Source of the DNA: the human T2T-CHM13v2.0 reference genome, Homo sapiens
DNA: 64,000 nt
Assembly: GCF_009914755.1 (NCBI RefSeq)
Contig: NC_060927.1
Direction: 5' to 3' (one strand)
Shown here piece by piece: positions 32,548 through 47,144 of this stretch. The position numbers and the translations under genes were made by a program. The notes beneath the pieces are model-generated. The model searched no databases, was not told the DNA's origin, and saw only the letters and a list, made by a program, of their open reading frames with translations. Each line of letters starts with the position of its first letter. Position 1 is the stretch's first letter.

Positions 32548-34816
32548 GTATAGCTAGTTAGATAAAGATCAACACTTTTGCAATTTGTGAATCTACATAA
32601 TTCTCTGATAATCCCCAAAACCTCCTTGTACAACTTCATCTTTGTGATAGTTTCTTTTGTGTGAGTTTTTCACACAATGGCATTATCTTTCCATTTAATA
32701 GGTCTACATAGTTCCAGCAGGCCTCAGAAGTAAATCTCCCCCAATTCTATACCAAGCCAGTTACAATCTTCTTGACTACTCACTAATTTCAGGTTAAGGG
32801 CAAATGCACTTAGTTAATGCTATGATACAATATTTTAACCATCAAGGAAGTGCTCATTAGAGTAACAAAAGAATTTAAGTGATTCTGATACAGTTAACAG
32901 TGCAAATGCTTCTGATTCTAAAGATTAGTATTGACCCCTCAAATCCATCTCCTTCAAAGGACATCAGCTATTGCAAAGTTTCAGAATCCTGCTTCTCCCT
33001 TTTCGTCTTCCTTCTTCCCTCTTTCATGTAATATTTGAGTTGTTATCTGAAGCACCCAGCTGAGGTCTTTGGCTTTTTTATTTCCATTTCAAAGTGCCTG
33101 GCTTCTACACAGATCTCTTTACATTTTAAATAACACTTACTTGTTTGCAGCCTTCTTACATTGCATGTTTGGAAAACACATGCTGACTTAAATCATTCCC
33201 ACTTCCTTCATTTAAGTGGCCACTAAACTGATGCTTCAATGCTCAGACCTAAGCCATTTGTCCTGGGTAAGGTTATTTAAGGTAATGGAAATTAGGCTAT
33301 GAAAAAAAAAGAATCAGGTTCTCCAGAAGGATTGTAATCGGTAACTTAAAATAAAGGTTCTCTGGATGGTGAAACCACTTTTTGTTCTTATGAAAGATTC
33401 CAAGAGAATCCAAGAAACTTCAAGCTCGATTTCATGTTTATAAACAATATCTTTCTACACACTAGTTGCATAGGATAGACTCTATGTATATGGGTCCTAA
33501 CCCTTGGAGGGAATGAGAAGGGTAGAGGGCTTTACGACTTTTAGGCAACCTTTCCCCTACACTGTAAAAAAGATGGAACCTTCCTACATACTCTCTCAAC
33601 AAGAGCTTCTCCAAGTGTGGGCCATTGTGCTGGCCTATAAGTTGTTTATTACTGGTCTGCAGCAAGTACTGACATTGAGGGAAAAAAATCAGAATTTATA
33701 GAGATTGAAAGAACGATTTTATGCCTACTAAAAATAAGGAACTTGTACTTTGCATAGATTTTTGTGTTTTTGTCTTATAAGAGTGTTAGCCTATAGTGGA
33801 CTAGAAATTTTTAAAACAAAAAGACCATTTATCACAGTTTGAAAAATGTTACTCTATGTGACAGCTTCCACTCAACTTTCAAGAGAAATCTCAAAGACCA
33901 CAGACATGCTCCCCCGAGCCATGATGTGCTGATCTGTACAAATTCTAGTGGCCTATGCATCTTATATGCGTTAATAGTTGCAACACAGAGATGGGAGGTT
34001 ACTTCATGCCATTTGTACCAAAATTTTGTCAAGAGCCAGCAGAATCTCCAGTATGAAAGAAGTTATCAGATAGCAGAAAACACAGAACAGAGGTGGGTTT
34101 CACCATTATGGAGCTCAGATATGAGCCTCACTTCTTTGAGCTCAGCAAATCCCCAGAATCACAATCCCAATAACTTGTACCTCTGAGGGATATGCAGGGT
34201 CCTTTTAGGAAATACAAAACACACTTATCAGTGTTGACTGCTATGGGGGGGATGAGGAATGTAGGCTGCAGAGACCGTGGGTGCATCAGTGAGCACTTCA
34301 ACATTCCCTCCCCACAACTTCTCTAAATGAATTAACCTGCTGGGGGGCTGGACATCCCAAGGGTGGGGAGACTCCTGATAATATACCCAGAATACGGTAT
34401 CCAGTCTAGGAAACTCATGGACTGAAATGAGCCCATGAACTTCTTTCTAGTCCCCTTGCTCAAAACCATCATTTTCTTGGCATAGGGGGCAGGTATCAGG
34501 ATTAACAAGGAGAGGGACTGGGTAGTGGCCTCCAGCAGACTGTGTATTTGAATGTTTAGAGGTCATAGCCATTGCCTACTCCTACAGCTTTTGCAAATCA
34601 GTCAAAACACAGCTCTCTTAATGATGGGGGACTACCATATCTTTTAAGTTTATTAAAAATATAAAGTTCAGGAGAATCCTTGATATTCCTTTTCCAGAGA
34701 TAACGTGCAATACTCAAAGAAATGATGCACTGAGAAACAGGAGAGTGGGTTTCCATAACGCCCCCATCTTTCCATCTACTTCACACACACAGAATTTCAA
34801 TCACTTATTCCCTGCG

Positions 34817-34841
34817 TGACTCAAGGAAATGATCACTTCCT
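34817..34841. promoter_or_regulatory. Candidate AP-1/ETS composite element
   Basis: TGACTCA (34817-34823), then AGGAAAT and CACTTCCT, in apparently unique DNA; motif match only. Confidence 0.3.
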
Positions 34842-36559
34842 CTCTTGGGCCTGCAAAGCCCACAGAGCTACCTATGAGTCTCTCCAGATGACAACCCAGG
34901 TTTTCCAACCTCAAGCCTCACACCCTCTTCCACTTCTTTGATCTATTTTAAAAATAAACAAATTCTGCACTTACTGACTCCAATTGAAAGCAGAGATGTC
35001 TTTAATTATTTACACCCAGCAAATGCACTCCATGTCTTCAATCCTGAAAGAAATCCAAAGAAATGTCATCTTCAAAACCCCTTTTTAAAAAATATTAGGA
35101 CTTGCTTTTGCCGTTGACATTTGTGTGCCTGTATAAGTGGGCCAAATGTTAATAATAACTATAAATCCATGAAACCTGAGTGGTAAAAGAAAATCTGCTC
35201 AAAAAACTACTCTGGAAAGCTAAGAATTTTCAAAGTGATTTTAAGTACAGGGATAATTCAAGAAGGTATATCACTGAGAGGGAAGGATTGATACTATCCT
35301 GAATCAGTACATTGGCCCAGGAAAGCCAAATCTTGCATCCTTCCCAGAATCTTGCATTTCTGAGAGGCTCATTACTGGGTGGGAATTGTGTTGGTATAAA
35401 ATAGTTAATGCAATAAGGTATCTAATGCTTGCATATCGTTAACTTCTTCCCCACTGTTTCCTTCTTCCCCCAGCTCCCAAAATTTGTGTTTGCTTTTTAG
35501 GTCTGACCCTACTGTTCACCTTTACCACAAAATTGTTTTTAGCATGACAGTTGTTGACCTTATGATCACTAGAAAGATCCAGAACAGGTGCAATTTTAAA
35601 AGTCTAAGGATCCTGTAAGAGTATAACATTGGAAAGAGAAAGAGCTACTGAGTTGGAAGGAGGCAGAGATAGGACCCAGTGAGATAAAGCAGGAAAGATT
35701 TAAGTCCAGAGAAGTAAAGAAAGTAAAGAAAGTAAAGAAAGACGAATGACATACATGGGACTGGGGAGGCAGTTTTTGGTATGAGAGATACTGTAATTAT
35801 ACAGTCCTATTGCAATTATGATCCAAAACTTTGAAATCTGCTTTGATAATCACCCAACACCTGGAAATAAGGTGCCGAGGATGTAGGTGTGGGATGAAGA
35901 AGGGGGCATCTTTAATCAATAACATACTGAGGTTTCGCCTAAAAGGTTTACTCAAGGATTATTTAATTCTGTAGAAGCCTGTACCCACGTTTGACATAGC
36001 TATTTAGTATTTGACAGGAGCCCAGACAGTGTGAACTTACATGTTAATTTGTTGATTTATGTCTAGTAAAAGAGATGTCCCCAAACGTCAGGGTTTTAAG
36101 TTTTATTGCTCTGTGAAATATTAACCAGTTTTTTATGTAACCAAGCAAATGTATGCTCACATTTTAAAAATTTCTATAAATTCCTGATTCTTCAAATACT
36201 TTTGCAACCAGCTTTATCATCTCATTTGTTCCCTTATCGATGAACTGAAACTGACACGTTTATATATTTGTATCAGGATCATGTTTTTAACTTTTTGAAA
36301 AATATACTTTGACAATGAATGTATAGTTCCCTCCACCATTATTACTACCATTAGCTTTTGTATTAAATCCTCAAATCTAGTTATTTTTTCAGCTGCTATA
36401 CTATTTTCTTTGAACAAAACTGTTCTAAGCCTGGCTTAAAAAGAAAAAAAAAAAGGCCACCCTAGTTGCACATGCATTCTTTTTTCTGTTTTTTTGTTTG
36501 TTTGTTTGTTTTTTGTTTTTTTTTACCTGAGTGACAGCTGTATTTGGGGATGTCTGCTG

Positions 36560-36700
36560 TCTTAGATTCCGGAAGCCTGAATTCTGGTCCTCGCTTCGCC
36601 TAACATTCTAAGCCAGGCTCCTTTCCTCAGTTTCTCCATTTGCAACATGAGAGGTGCAGCCTCCAGGATATCTTCCCCAGTTCTGACAATCCTGCAGTCT
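36560..36700 (+). mobile_element. MIR3/MIR fragment
   Basis: cctgaattctggtcct...cctcagtttctccatttgcaacatgag...ccagttctgacaatcctg. Confidence 0.55.
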
Positions 36701-37360
36701 ATTCCAGGATGTTCTCTTTGTCTTAAGGGCTATTGTGTGGCCCTCTTGTCTAGGTGGTAAAAATGTTCTAAAGCTCCACAGCTTCCCTTATTCCACAAAG
36801 AAGGAAGAAAAAGCACCCTTGTGGGTTGAGCTGAGTTACTTTAGACCAACTAGAAGAGGAAAGTCTGTGTCCTGACCAGAGAAGAAATTCATCAGAGTGA
36901 AGGCCAACAGACAAAACCTTAGTGAACACACAGAAATGCAAAGCAAAGTAGCTGAAAGCTCTCCCAACCCAGACAGTATGTAAATCCCTTAGCAGCTTGC
37001 AAGTGATTTCATATTCCTTTTTGGGAGGGGGGAATTAAAAGGAAAAACATTTCCATTGCCATCACCAATAAATATATTTAGGCATCAATATCAGCATAAA
37101 CACGTGAATCTGTTCACATTTTCTAGCCATTTGAAGTGTTTATAACTGTTGAATATATATTATTAAATTAATGCCGATTGGAGCTGGGAAGCAATTTAAA
37201 TTGAAATGTCTTTCATTGTGCTGTAGGTAAGGCTGAGTGTGGGAAGCAAATTATCTGGCAAATTGAACTTGCTACACTCCAAATACCCATTCCTGGTGAA
37301 CGTATGGTTTCCTGATTATCTACTTGGTTTCCTTCCCAGTGCTGACAGGCGTCTTCTAGA

Positions 37361-37376
37361 GCTGCCATCTGCGGGG
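37361..37376 (-). promoter_or_regulatory. Candidate CTCF motif
   Basis: Minus strand CCCCGCAGATGGCAGC closely matches the CTCF core CCASYAGRKGGCRS. Confidence 0.4.
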
Positions 37377-38479
37377 AAACTAGTGTGAGGGTTGGTAGAG
37401 GACACAGGGGGCTTGCTGGGGCCAGGGCTCCGAGGCTGACTGACCAGCCCAGGAGCACTCCTCAGGGTCCTTTAATAAATAAGCAAATCACAAATGGAGT
37501 GATGGATATGTTGACCAGTTATGAGTTCCATATGAGCTTATGTAAAGCCAGGGTTGATTTTTAATTAAATTAAGGCAAGGAAAAGCACATTCACTTAAGA
37601 AGAAACATGGATTCAAATCAACCTGAAGGAGAGAGAAGGGTTGAGTCAGTTAAGGGGTATCAGTGCTCGAATAATCACAGTCCTGACTCAGCCTAACTAG
37701 GGAAAAATGGGTAGGTTTTATCCTATGAGATAGATTCCTACAAGCTGTTGGAGTTTCTAGAAGTAGCTCTAAATGTCCCCATGCTCTTCTTTCCCCATGT
37801 CTTCTCATATCACAGGAGGGCATTCCAGCTGCACAAAGCTTCATGAAGGGCTGTCCCCTGGCTCCATCTCTGCCAATACCTGTGGGGACCATGGGAACTG
37901 TCCAGGATGGCAGGAGGATAGAATGTGTGAGACAAGATGACACTTTACAAGCCCCAGAGTCAAGGATGCCCAAACCCTCAGTCAGTCATCCCAGTGAGAA
38001 GAGTTCTCTGCACTGAGTTTCCCTATCCCATAAACACAGGTGCCTGGCACAGGAGGATCAGATTTGAGTTAGGCAACACAATGGCCATTTCTCACCATGG
38101 TGATGTCCCTGCCAAACAGTGAGAATAACAATTGGCTTCATCTATTTTCATCGGACTCTGCCATATTTTTCCCCATTGGCCATCATCAGTTTGGTGGTTA
38201 GATAGACTCAACCCAACAGAAAGTAAGGAATGTAAAGAGGATGGCCATCTCAAATCCTATCCAATTACCTAGATTCTTGTGGCAAGTTAAAAATACAAAG
38301 TTTTCTACTTCCTTGGGGGAAATATCTACTTAGATTTCTAAAGGGAAATGTTAGGCTTTGCCTAATTTGGCTGTATGGTCTGACCACATTTTGGGAAGAA
38401 TTAGAATGAGTCCCATTTCTATAAAGACCATCTTTGGCTACAGTAATGAAGCAGAAATAATGGCAGACATGAATGGCAA

Positions 38480-38705
38480 CAGCCAAGGCTTTTTGAATGC
38501 CTACACTCTGGCGAGCACTCTTCTAAATGTTTCATACAAATCACCCCATTTAATCTTCACAGCTCTATGCGGTATCCTGCCTTTTCCTCTCAATTTCACA
38601 GATGAGGAAACAGAGGCACCGAGGTAAATTAACTCATCCAAGGTCATAACTGGCATTTTAGTCAAGAGGCTCACTGCAGTATGAGACAATCCTAAAATCT
38701 GTGAC
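38480..38705 (-). mobile_element. MIR
   Basis: caatttcacagatgaggaaacagaggcaccgaggtaaattaactcatccaaggtca. Confidence 0.75.
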
Positions 38706-39155
38706 TTAACATACTAAACATGTATTTCTTTCTCCAATGAGGTCCATTTCAAATATTCCAGGTCATGCAAACTCCATCCCTTTTGTGTAGCTCTTTTGCA
38801 AGCAATGACGCAGAGATGCATGTTTGGTGTACTTTATGAAGCTAAAGGTCATATGTCAAATATGGCCTATGAGACCACCACAGCTAAGCATTGAGTGTGG
38901 ATAAAACAAACCTAATTTTTAGACTTCCTAGGTTATGATGTGACACACATGACTGCCTCACACATTTTATTGCCCAGCACAAATTACATGGTTTCCCCTA
39001 GATGCAAAAGAGCAAAAGAAAAAAACAAAGACATCTGGCTAGGCAACCACTTTCCAGCAATAACTCGCCACTCTGAGCAGAAGCTACCAGTTCTAGTGAC
39101 ATACCACCCTGTCTGCCAGAACTGGGGTGTGTTATTGCTGAGATTTAAACCTTAG

Positions 39156-39545
<390 letters not shown>

Positions 39546-39951
39546 AAAGGGAAAATTTCTAAGAAAAAATACAGTATGAATTAAAGCTGCCAGGTAAATC
39601 ACATATATAAGTAAAGTCAGCATGAAAGAAAACATGATGCTTATCCTATGGCAAAAGTCATTCAGGTTCAAGGCCAGAGAGAGTGAATATTTTAGAGGTA
39701 ATGAAACTGTGGATAACAGAAATCTTATCTAATGAGAAATCCAGATTCAGTGTGATGGATCTTTCTTTTCTCAGAGAGAGAAACCAAAAATGTAAAATTT
39801 TATGAGAAAGCTCCAGGTTTTCAAATGTTAACCAAAGGAAACTAATTTGAGAGCTAGTTCTGGCAGGCATTTGGTTTTCAAAAGGATTATTAATAGCATT
39901 CAAAAACGAGAGGACTTCATGAAATGGGCTGAAGGAATTGCAATTGGTACC

Positions 39952-40245
39952 TTTTTTTTTTTAGACGGAGTCTAGCTCTGTCGCCCAGGCTAGAGTGCAG
40001 TGGCGTGATTATGACTCACTGGAACTTCCACCTCCTGGGTTCAAACTATTCTCTTGCCTCACTCAGCCTCCCAAGTACCTGGAATTACAGGCACCTACCA
40101 CCACGCCTGGCTAATTTTTGTATTTTTAGTAGAGAAAGGGTTTCACCATCTTGGCCAGGCTGGCCTCGAACTCCTGACCTTGTGATCCACCCGACTCAGC
40201 CTCCCAAAGTGCTGGGATTACAGGCGTGAGCCACTGTCCCCGGCC
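39952..40245 (-). mobile_element. AluS (Sg-like)
   Basis: Complete antisense dimer; TSD ggtacctt / ggtatctt. Confidence 0.9.
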
Positions 40246-40660
40246 GGTATCTTAAAGTATCTGGTGAGGAGTCTTCCGGCTAAAGGCAATGGACTGCTCC
40301 CAGGCCCCTGACAATCGCTACACCACAGTTTTTCTTTGAACCTTCCTTGGCTTTATCTAGATGCCCACCCTAACCTCTTCTGGGCACTCCTCTTAAAATC
40401 CCCCCATTTGCCATTAACCCCAATGCTTATCCAAGTTTTGCTTCTTTAACATTCTTCTCTTTCTTCTTCTGTATATTAGAGGTATCTTCTACTCATTCTG
40501 GTCTTAAATGTCATTCTAAGGATGACTTGTAAAAGTCTGTCTTTGCTCTCTTCTCAGCACTAGGGCTACCTTTCTAGGAAATGTCATCTAAATCAAACTC
40601 TTCACCCTGCCCCTCAGCAAAACTGAGCTTCACATCTTGATTTTCTTCTGCCACTTACTC

Positions 40661-41408
40661 TAATGCTCCTCAAACTACTTTGGAACAGGACTTTTTTTAT
40701 ATACTCTTAGGAGCTTCTTCTCCATAAATATTTTCACATTTATATTTTGTCTGAACTTTCTGCAAACTGGTAAGCTTAAATAAAAGATGATTTAGTGGAA
40801 TGTACATATTGGAAGCTGAAGATAGTATATTTCTCTGGAGAGATAGAGATTTACCTCTCCTAGAACCACTGACTTATATTCCAGGCTAGGGAAGCTATGG
40901 ACCACATTCCTCTTGCCTCCCTGGAGCATGTTTATATTCCAGAGTAAAGGTTTCTCTCTCTCTAGAGGGGGAGGATAGGCCAATATTCCAGTCACTCTAT
41001 GTAAGCTCTAAATCTCTTAATTTCAGGGTTCTTCCCCTGTTCTCATTGTATCATCCAAAAAGGACTAAGGCTGAGAGAACTGTGCCAAGATACTCTGAGT
41101 AATAAATCATCTGTTCTCTGATCCAGAGGTGTCACGTTTCCTGTCAGAACATCATATGCATATAAACATAACAGATACATGTGTGAAATGCCATAAAAAT
41201 GAATGACATGGAACTTAAAATACAAAAGCAAAAGCATAAAATATAAAACATTTTTACTATTACATTCAACAGACATAAAGTCACTCCATCAACTTGCCAT
41301 AAACATTTCTAATGCTTACTTTCAGTTTCTGTGCTCATTATGTCATGGATCAATGCAAACAGTTTATGGACCTACATTGATTTATGGACCTTCTTTTGAG
41401 TGGCACTG
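40661..41408 (+). mobile_element. MER119-like hAT-Charlie element interrupted by an old ERV LTR fragment (~40790-41150)
   Basis: Ends taatgctcctcaaacta... and ...ggaccttcttttgagtggcactg; the inner segment has LTR-like tgagtaataaatcatctgttctctgatccagaggtgtc. Confidence 0.5.
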
Positions 41409-42279
41409 ACTTTTACCACTAGCTGGTTCAGGTTAAAACTTCAACATTAACCTATCTACAATTCCTTAATGAAGATAATATGGGTAGAAGTTGGAATAAT
41501 GCCCAGCACGTACGTAAAAGTTCAATGACTGTTAAATATCATTGCTATCCAACTCCACCCTCTCCTTCACCCTTTCTTCATAATGAACTCTCAAGTCTCA
41601 TTAAGTTTATCATTTAATTTATTTTCTGCACTTGTCCCTCCCTCTCCATTCCCACAATCATGACTTCAGTTTAAACAGAGTCTTATCTCACAGTGATGGT
41701 ATTTCAATCACATGCTAATGAGAACATAGACAGCTTTACTATTCACAGCTTGAGAAATTGGTTGGATGGTCAATGATTCCACTGACAACAATATAAAATG
41801 CACTTGGAGAGTCTATTGGGAAATAAAAGCATTAATTTATTTAGAGGAATAGTGAGTTAAAGCAGTGCATGGTTAGAGACCCAATGTATGACTGACCATT
41901 TGTGTTCCATGGGATAATGTCTATAAAGGCCAAGTTATCATGTACCACATTCCAGCAAACTCCAATTTCCTTCATTCATAATGGAAGATACAGGAAAAGA
42001 GGAGATAAAGGAGCATTGTGTGACTTCTCTTATGTCTACACAGTCTGCCTCTCACTGGAAGTGGCTTGGGAAGATGAAGCAGGGAAAGAAAGAAAAAATC
42101 CTATCAAGGGTGGGCCCAGATAAAATTGCTCCCCGCCTTGGGAGTAAAATGATATATTTCTTGTGTGTACCCAGAATGTCATAATACCTATATGCTTCTG
42201 TCTGACTCTCATTGGACAACTCCTGCAATCATTTTCAGTGATTTTGCAGAATTTAGTATAGAGAAAACTGTAGAAGCTT

Positions 42280-42950
42280 CCAGAGATGAAGCTTCCAGGC
42301 CATGGTGCTTGGAGCCCTAAAATTTAAGCCACATGGCTCTCCTAAGGTACACATGAAGAGTCACAAACCTGCGACATGGAATAGCCTGCTTAGAGGGCTA
42401 GATCCACTTTAAGGCTAAATGGAAAGAGGTTTTGCAAGCCCCTAACAGGCACCGGAAGGACTTTTGGATGTAGAAATGTATTACAGGCAGCTAGAAATGC
42501 AGCCCCATTGAGACTTAAGATTGGAGATAAGAAGTGTCAATGTGGTATATCCAAAGAAATGCCATATTATGAAATTGGTAGGTCAAAGGTATAAAAATAC
42601 AATCAAAGATAGATCCTAGAAGAATCCTTATATTTAAGGATGAAAGAAGAGCCAGACAAGGAACATACAAAGATGAAGAAGAAAATCCAGAAAAGTAAAC
42701 ACAAAACAATAGCAAAGCATTAGAGAAGCTATTGGCAGAAAATATTTTAAGAAGAAAAGGATGTCTGTAATGTCACATGTAAGACAAATGATGAGAATTA
42801 AGGGATGGAACATTACTGAATTTTATTACTAGGAGAGCATCCTAGACCTTTGAGAAAGAAGTTGGAGTGAACAGGAAAAGTCAAGGAGTAAGTGGGTGGT
42901 GAGGCTGACAATTCAACTATAAGACAGGACAATTTCAAAACTAATAATAA
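42280..42950 (-). mobile_element. L2 fragment
   Basis: Purine-rich antisense L2 pattern (ggcagctagaaatg; agaatccttatatttaagg; tagacctttgagaaagaagtt). Confidence 0.5.
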
Positions 42951-43192
42951 GAGAAATGAAGCAATTATGCATTAATGCAAAGTTACATTGTAAATGACCC
43001 GATTTAGTTTCAATGGTTATTCTAGTTCTTTTATGATTTATATGTAATACCTTGCTATCTGTTCTAACCATAAGTCAAAATCTGGAATATAGGATTAAAC
43101 AACAGCAGTAAGAAGGCAATTATTATCCATGTAACTCAACTCAAAGTGCCTGTTGGTTACAATTAATTGAATAATACAAAGGAAAACATTCA

Positions 43193-43591
<399 letters not shown>

Positions 43592-44500
43592 CTAGTACGA
43601 TATTGGAATAAAAACTCTCATCAAGAGAAAGTGAACCCTCTGGAGATTGTTCTATTAAGAAGTTCAAACACAATTAAAAACAAAAAAATTCAAACACAGA
43701 AAGAGAATAGAAAGATAACCTGCACCATCCACTGAGCCCCTAACCATACAGTGTGTGAGAGATAAGAGGCCATGCTTAGCAGCCAAAGCCTTCTTAACAG
43801 TGAAGTTCAAAGCCAAGCCAGCCAAGTCAGCTTTCCACTGCTGCTCTTAGACCTTTATGTTACTAGACATTATTATCCAATGTAGAATGGAACATGGGGC
43901 CAGTCTAATCAAACCTCCTCCATTTCTTGAGGAAAAAGAATTTTGGTAGCTTGAGCTTAATGTTGAAATCCTGTGTAGGAGAGAGAGAGAGACTTTTACA
44001 CTTACTAAGGTTAAAAGAGAGATTAACAAGACTGAGTCTCACTCCTAGAAAGCATCCTGAACCCCATTGCCTACTCTTTCCTGATTCATATTGGCCTTGA
44101 TTCTCAAGACAGATGATCAACACCCTCTACTCAGCCCATTCCACCCACTCATAGCTCCTTCGTATGTAGCTCCTTCTCACTGTTGACACTGTCACATAAA
44201 TGTCACCTCCTTAACAAGATCTTCACAAACTACCATGTAAATAAAGCAAGCACAATCTCTATTTTCTCTCCCCACTGTTCATTCCCTTCAAAGCATCTGC
44301 AGAATGTAATACTTCCTGACTTTTTATTGTCTAAATACTCTGCTTCATTTACATACAAAGGTTTGGGTCTTAGCTGTTTTTTTCCACTAGTATATATTTT
44401 AAGAAATTTTGGTAGAAGGAAGAGAGCAAGAGTAAGTGGGAAGGAAGAGGAAGGAGAGCAGAGGGTGTAGGCTAGGAAAGAGAAGGGAGGATACTGAAAT

Positions 44501-45479
44501 TGTATTAGTAATTCTCTAATTGCTACAAACTTGGAGGCTTAAGAGAGAATAGATTTATCTTGCAATTCTATAGGTCAGAAGTCTGAAAGTGGCTGTCATA
44601 GCTAAAACCAAGCTGTTGGCAGGGCTGCATTCCTTCTGGAGCTGTAAGGGAGACCCTGCTCCTTGCCTTGTCCAGCTTCTAGAAGCCACCCACATCCCTT
44701 GGCTTCTTGCAATAGCCCATTCCACCCATTCCTCTTCTACTCTCCCCTTTCTTGAACTCTGACTCTCCTGCCTCGCTTTTACAAGAACACTTGTTGTAAT
44801 CAAGTAACTCCAGTTTTCTAAGAGCTAGTTTTATTTTTTGCTCTCTTTTCTCTTTCCTTTTTCTCCTCTTCCTGACTTCCTACTTAGCTCTTTAGAAATG
44901 CAATTATAACCTTTTACCTTCATCTCACCAGACACTCCCTACAGGACAAGCTTATCTAACTGTGCTTACTTAAAAGCTCCACAGCAGAACTCTCTCCCAC
45001 CAGGAGATTGCCTTGAAAAGACAATAGTCAATTTACAACCAAAAGTACAACTTAGTTTTGCCTGGATGGTGCCAGCTTGAGCACCCAGGAGATAAGGCAC
45101 CAAAGCAAGTCACAGGGATCCTCACCTCTTCATTCCCTCTCCTATGTGCCATTCATGCCACCTCCCTTTTTAAAAGCACCTGCCTTCTGCTCCAAAAGGA
45201 AGGTGGCACCCTTACGGCAGGAAGCCTGTGCTACTTCTTTATACCAGACCTCATTCTTGTCAATTGGATTCTGCAAGCAGTGAGCCAATGAACTTGCATT
45301 TTGGTTACATTGTGACTACAATGGGCCTGCCTCAATAATTCAGGATAATCTCTACATGTCAAGATTCTTAATTAAATCACATCTGCAAAGTCCCATTTGC
45401 CAGGAAAGGTAACATATCCACAGGTCCAGAGATTACAATGTGAGTATCTTCGATGAGCCATTATTCATTCTCTACCACA
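44501..45479 (-). mobile_element. MLT1C/D (MaLR LTR) interrupted by an ERV1 LTR
   Basis: tgtattagt...ggcagggctgcattccttctggag...aatcacatctgcaaagtccc...ctaccaca. Confidence 0.8.
44795..45309 (+). mobile_element. MER4-group ERV1 solo LTR (LTR24/36/48-like) nested in MLT1
   Basis: tgtaatc...ggttaca ends; 4-bp TSD ttgt at 44791-44794 and 45310-45313. Confidence 0.75.
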
Positions 45480-45483
45480 CTCA

Positions 45484-45641
45484 GGAAGAGAAAGCGAAAG
45501 GAAGGGAGAAAGAAAGAAAGGAAGAAAGAAAGAAAGAAAGGAAGAAAGAAAGAGAGAGAGAAAGAAAGAAAGAGAGAGGAAGAAAGAAAGGGAGAAAGAA
45601 AGAAAGAAAGGGAAAAAGAAAGAAAGGAAGGGAGAAAGAAA
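45484..45641 (+). repeat. (GAAA)n/GA-rich polypurine tract
   Basis: About 155 nt of nearly pure A/G. Confidence 0.95.
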
Positions 45642-47144
45642 TAGCAATAACTGGCAAGTATTCTATGTTTCTAAAGGTTGGTGGCGTCTACTTGTTTTAA
45701 TGGAATCAACCACCTCAATTCCTTTAGACAGTCCTTCAACACAGTTACTTAATAATTGTTCAGCTGAGTCAAAACAGTCAATTCAGAAATTATTTAACAA
45801 GATGTTGCCTAAGAAACATCAAATAATTACTCCTATTGCCTTTTCCCCCTTCATACTTTTTCTCTGGCTGTTTCTACGTTACGTAGAACAAAGAATCAAA
45901 AGCAAAATTTTGGCAGATCCCATAAACATGATTAAAAATGGCCACTGTTTATTTAGAGAATAAGAGATTTTATCTATCCAGCATAATTGCTCAATAAGTC
46001 TCAGCTAGTATTATTATAGCCATCCCTATGATTCTTAACTTGAAATCTGCCAACTTATATGTAATTCACAGTGAACTTGTTAAATATTCAGACTTCTTTC
46101 AAATTATCCTGATAATTTTTTTCTGAAGCCAAGATCCTCCACCAAGCCTCACACTGGCTTTCAAATTAGGATGTATTCTACATTCAGAAAGCACAACAAA
46201 ACTCTCTCCTGCTTCTTCAGACCCTAGACTCCATAGTTGATGGAGTATTTCATTATGTTGCCTGCAGTTCTTGACAAGATGTGGGAGAAAAAGAAGGAGG
46301 AAGACACTAGGAAATAATTGAAATGAGAAATGTCACCTTGAGTTTAGTGTCAGTGAGATTATACTCAGCCTTCCCTGGAAACAGACAGTGGAAGTAAAAT
46401 GTCATTTACAAAAAATTACCAATCCTGTGCCTGAACAAATCCATCTTTCATTAATATTTGATTTTTTTTGTTCTTGTATTGATTGCCATGACATGGCTGT
46501 CACCCAGCTGAGTCCCATAACTTCTATTGCAGGCAATTTCCTTACAGAATTACTTTCCTGAAAGGGTTGGACGTTATAACAGCCTTGTCAAACTGCACAC
46601 ATCTACAGCATTAGGTAGTGACTGTTCAATAATTAACTTACTAGGCTGGACTGTTGGTACCATTTGAAAAGTTCCTGTTTACTGTCCATGCTTCTTGAGG
46701 CCAACGGCCAAGAGTAGAGGCATCATGATTGAACCATGTGTAGCAAAATACCAGGTTATGTGAGCTGTTATAATTGATTCTAAATGTCTTAAAGAAAGTG
46801 AGTTCAAAGATGAGAATAGAGCTGAGAAGAACCATTATCCATTAGTCATTGGATCAAATGATCCATTAACAACTTTTGTCAATACAGAATTTGTTGCATC
46901 CTCATTTGTAATTAGAAAATTTTCTTAGTTATGCTGTTAGCATGATACAATTTATATACTATTCTTCACTGCATGATAAGGAATCAACAGAATAGGAACT
47001 AGGGCTAGAAGGACTAAAACTTTCTGAAGACAGCTCCGTTTCAAGTTTGCTTTGCCTCATGGCAAATCTGCATGAAACAGAACAACCGTGCTCATTTTAA
47101 GTAGTCATTCCAGGGTAGTATTTCTGGTTGTATACCATTTCTCC

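Noticed and set aside
35714-35741. (gtaaagaaa)x3 and other tiny direct repeats (e.g. 9079-9111)
   Set aside because: Ordinary slippage repeats with no spacer structure, so not CRISPR-like.
38930-39100. Possible LTR33/MLT1K fragment
   Set aside because: Similarity too weak to call by eye.
45440-45700. Lys/Arg/Glu-rich ORFs
   Set aside because: Translation of the GA-rich simple repeat.
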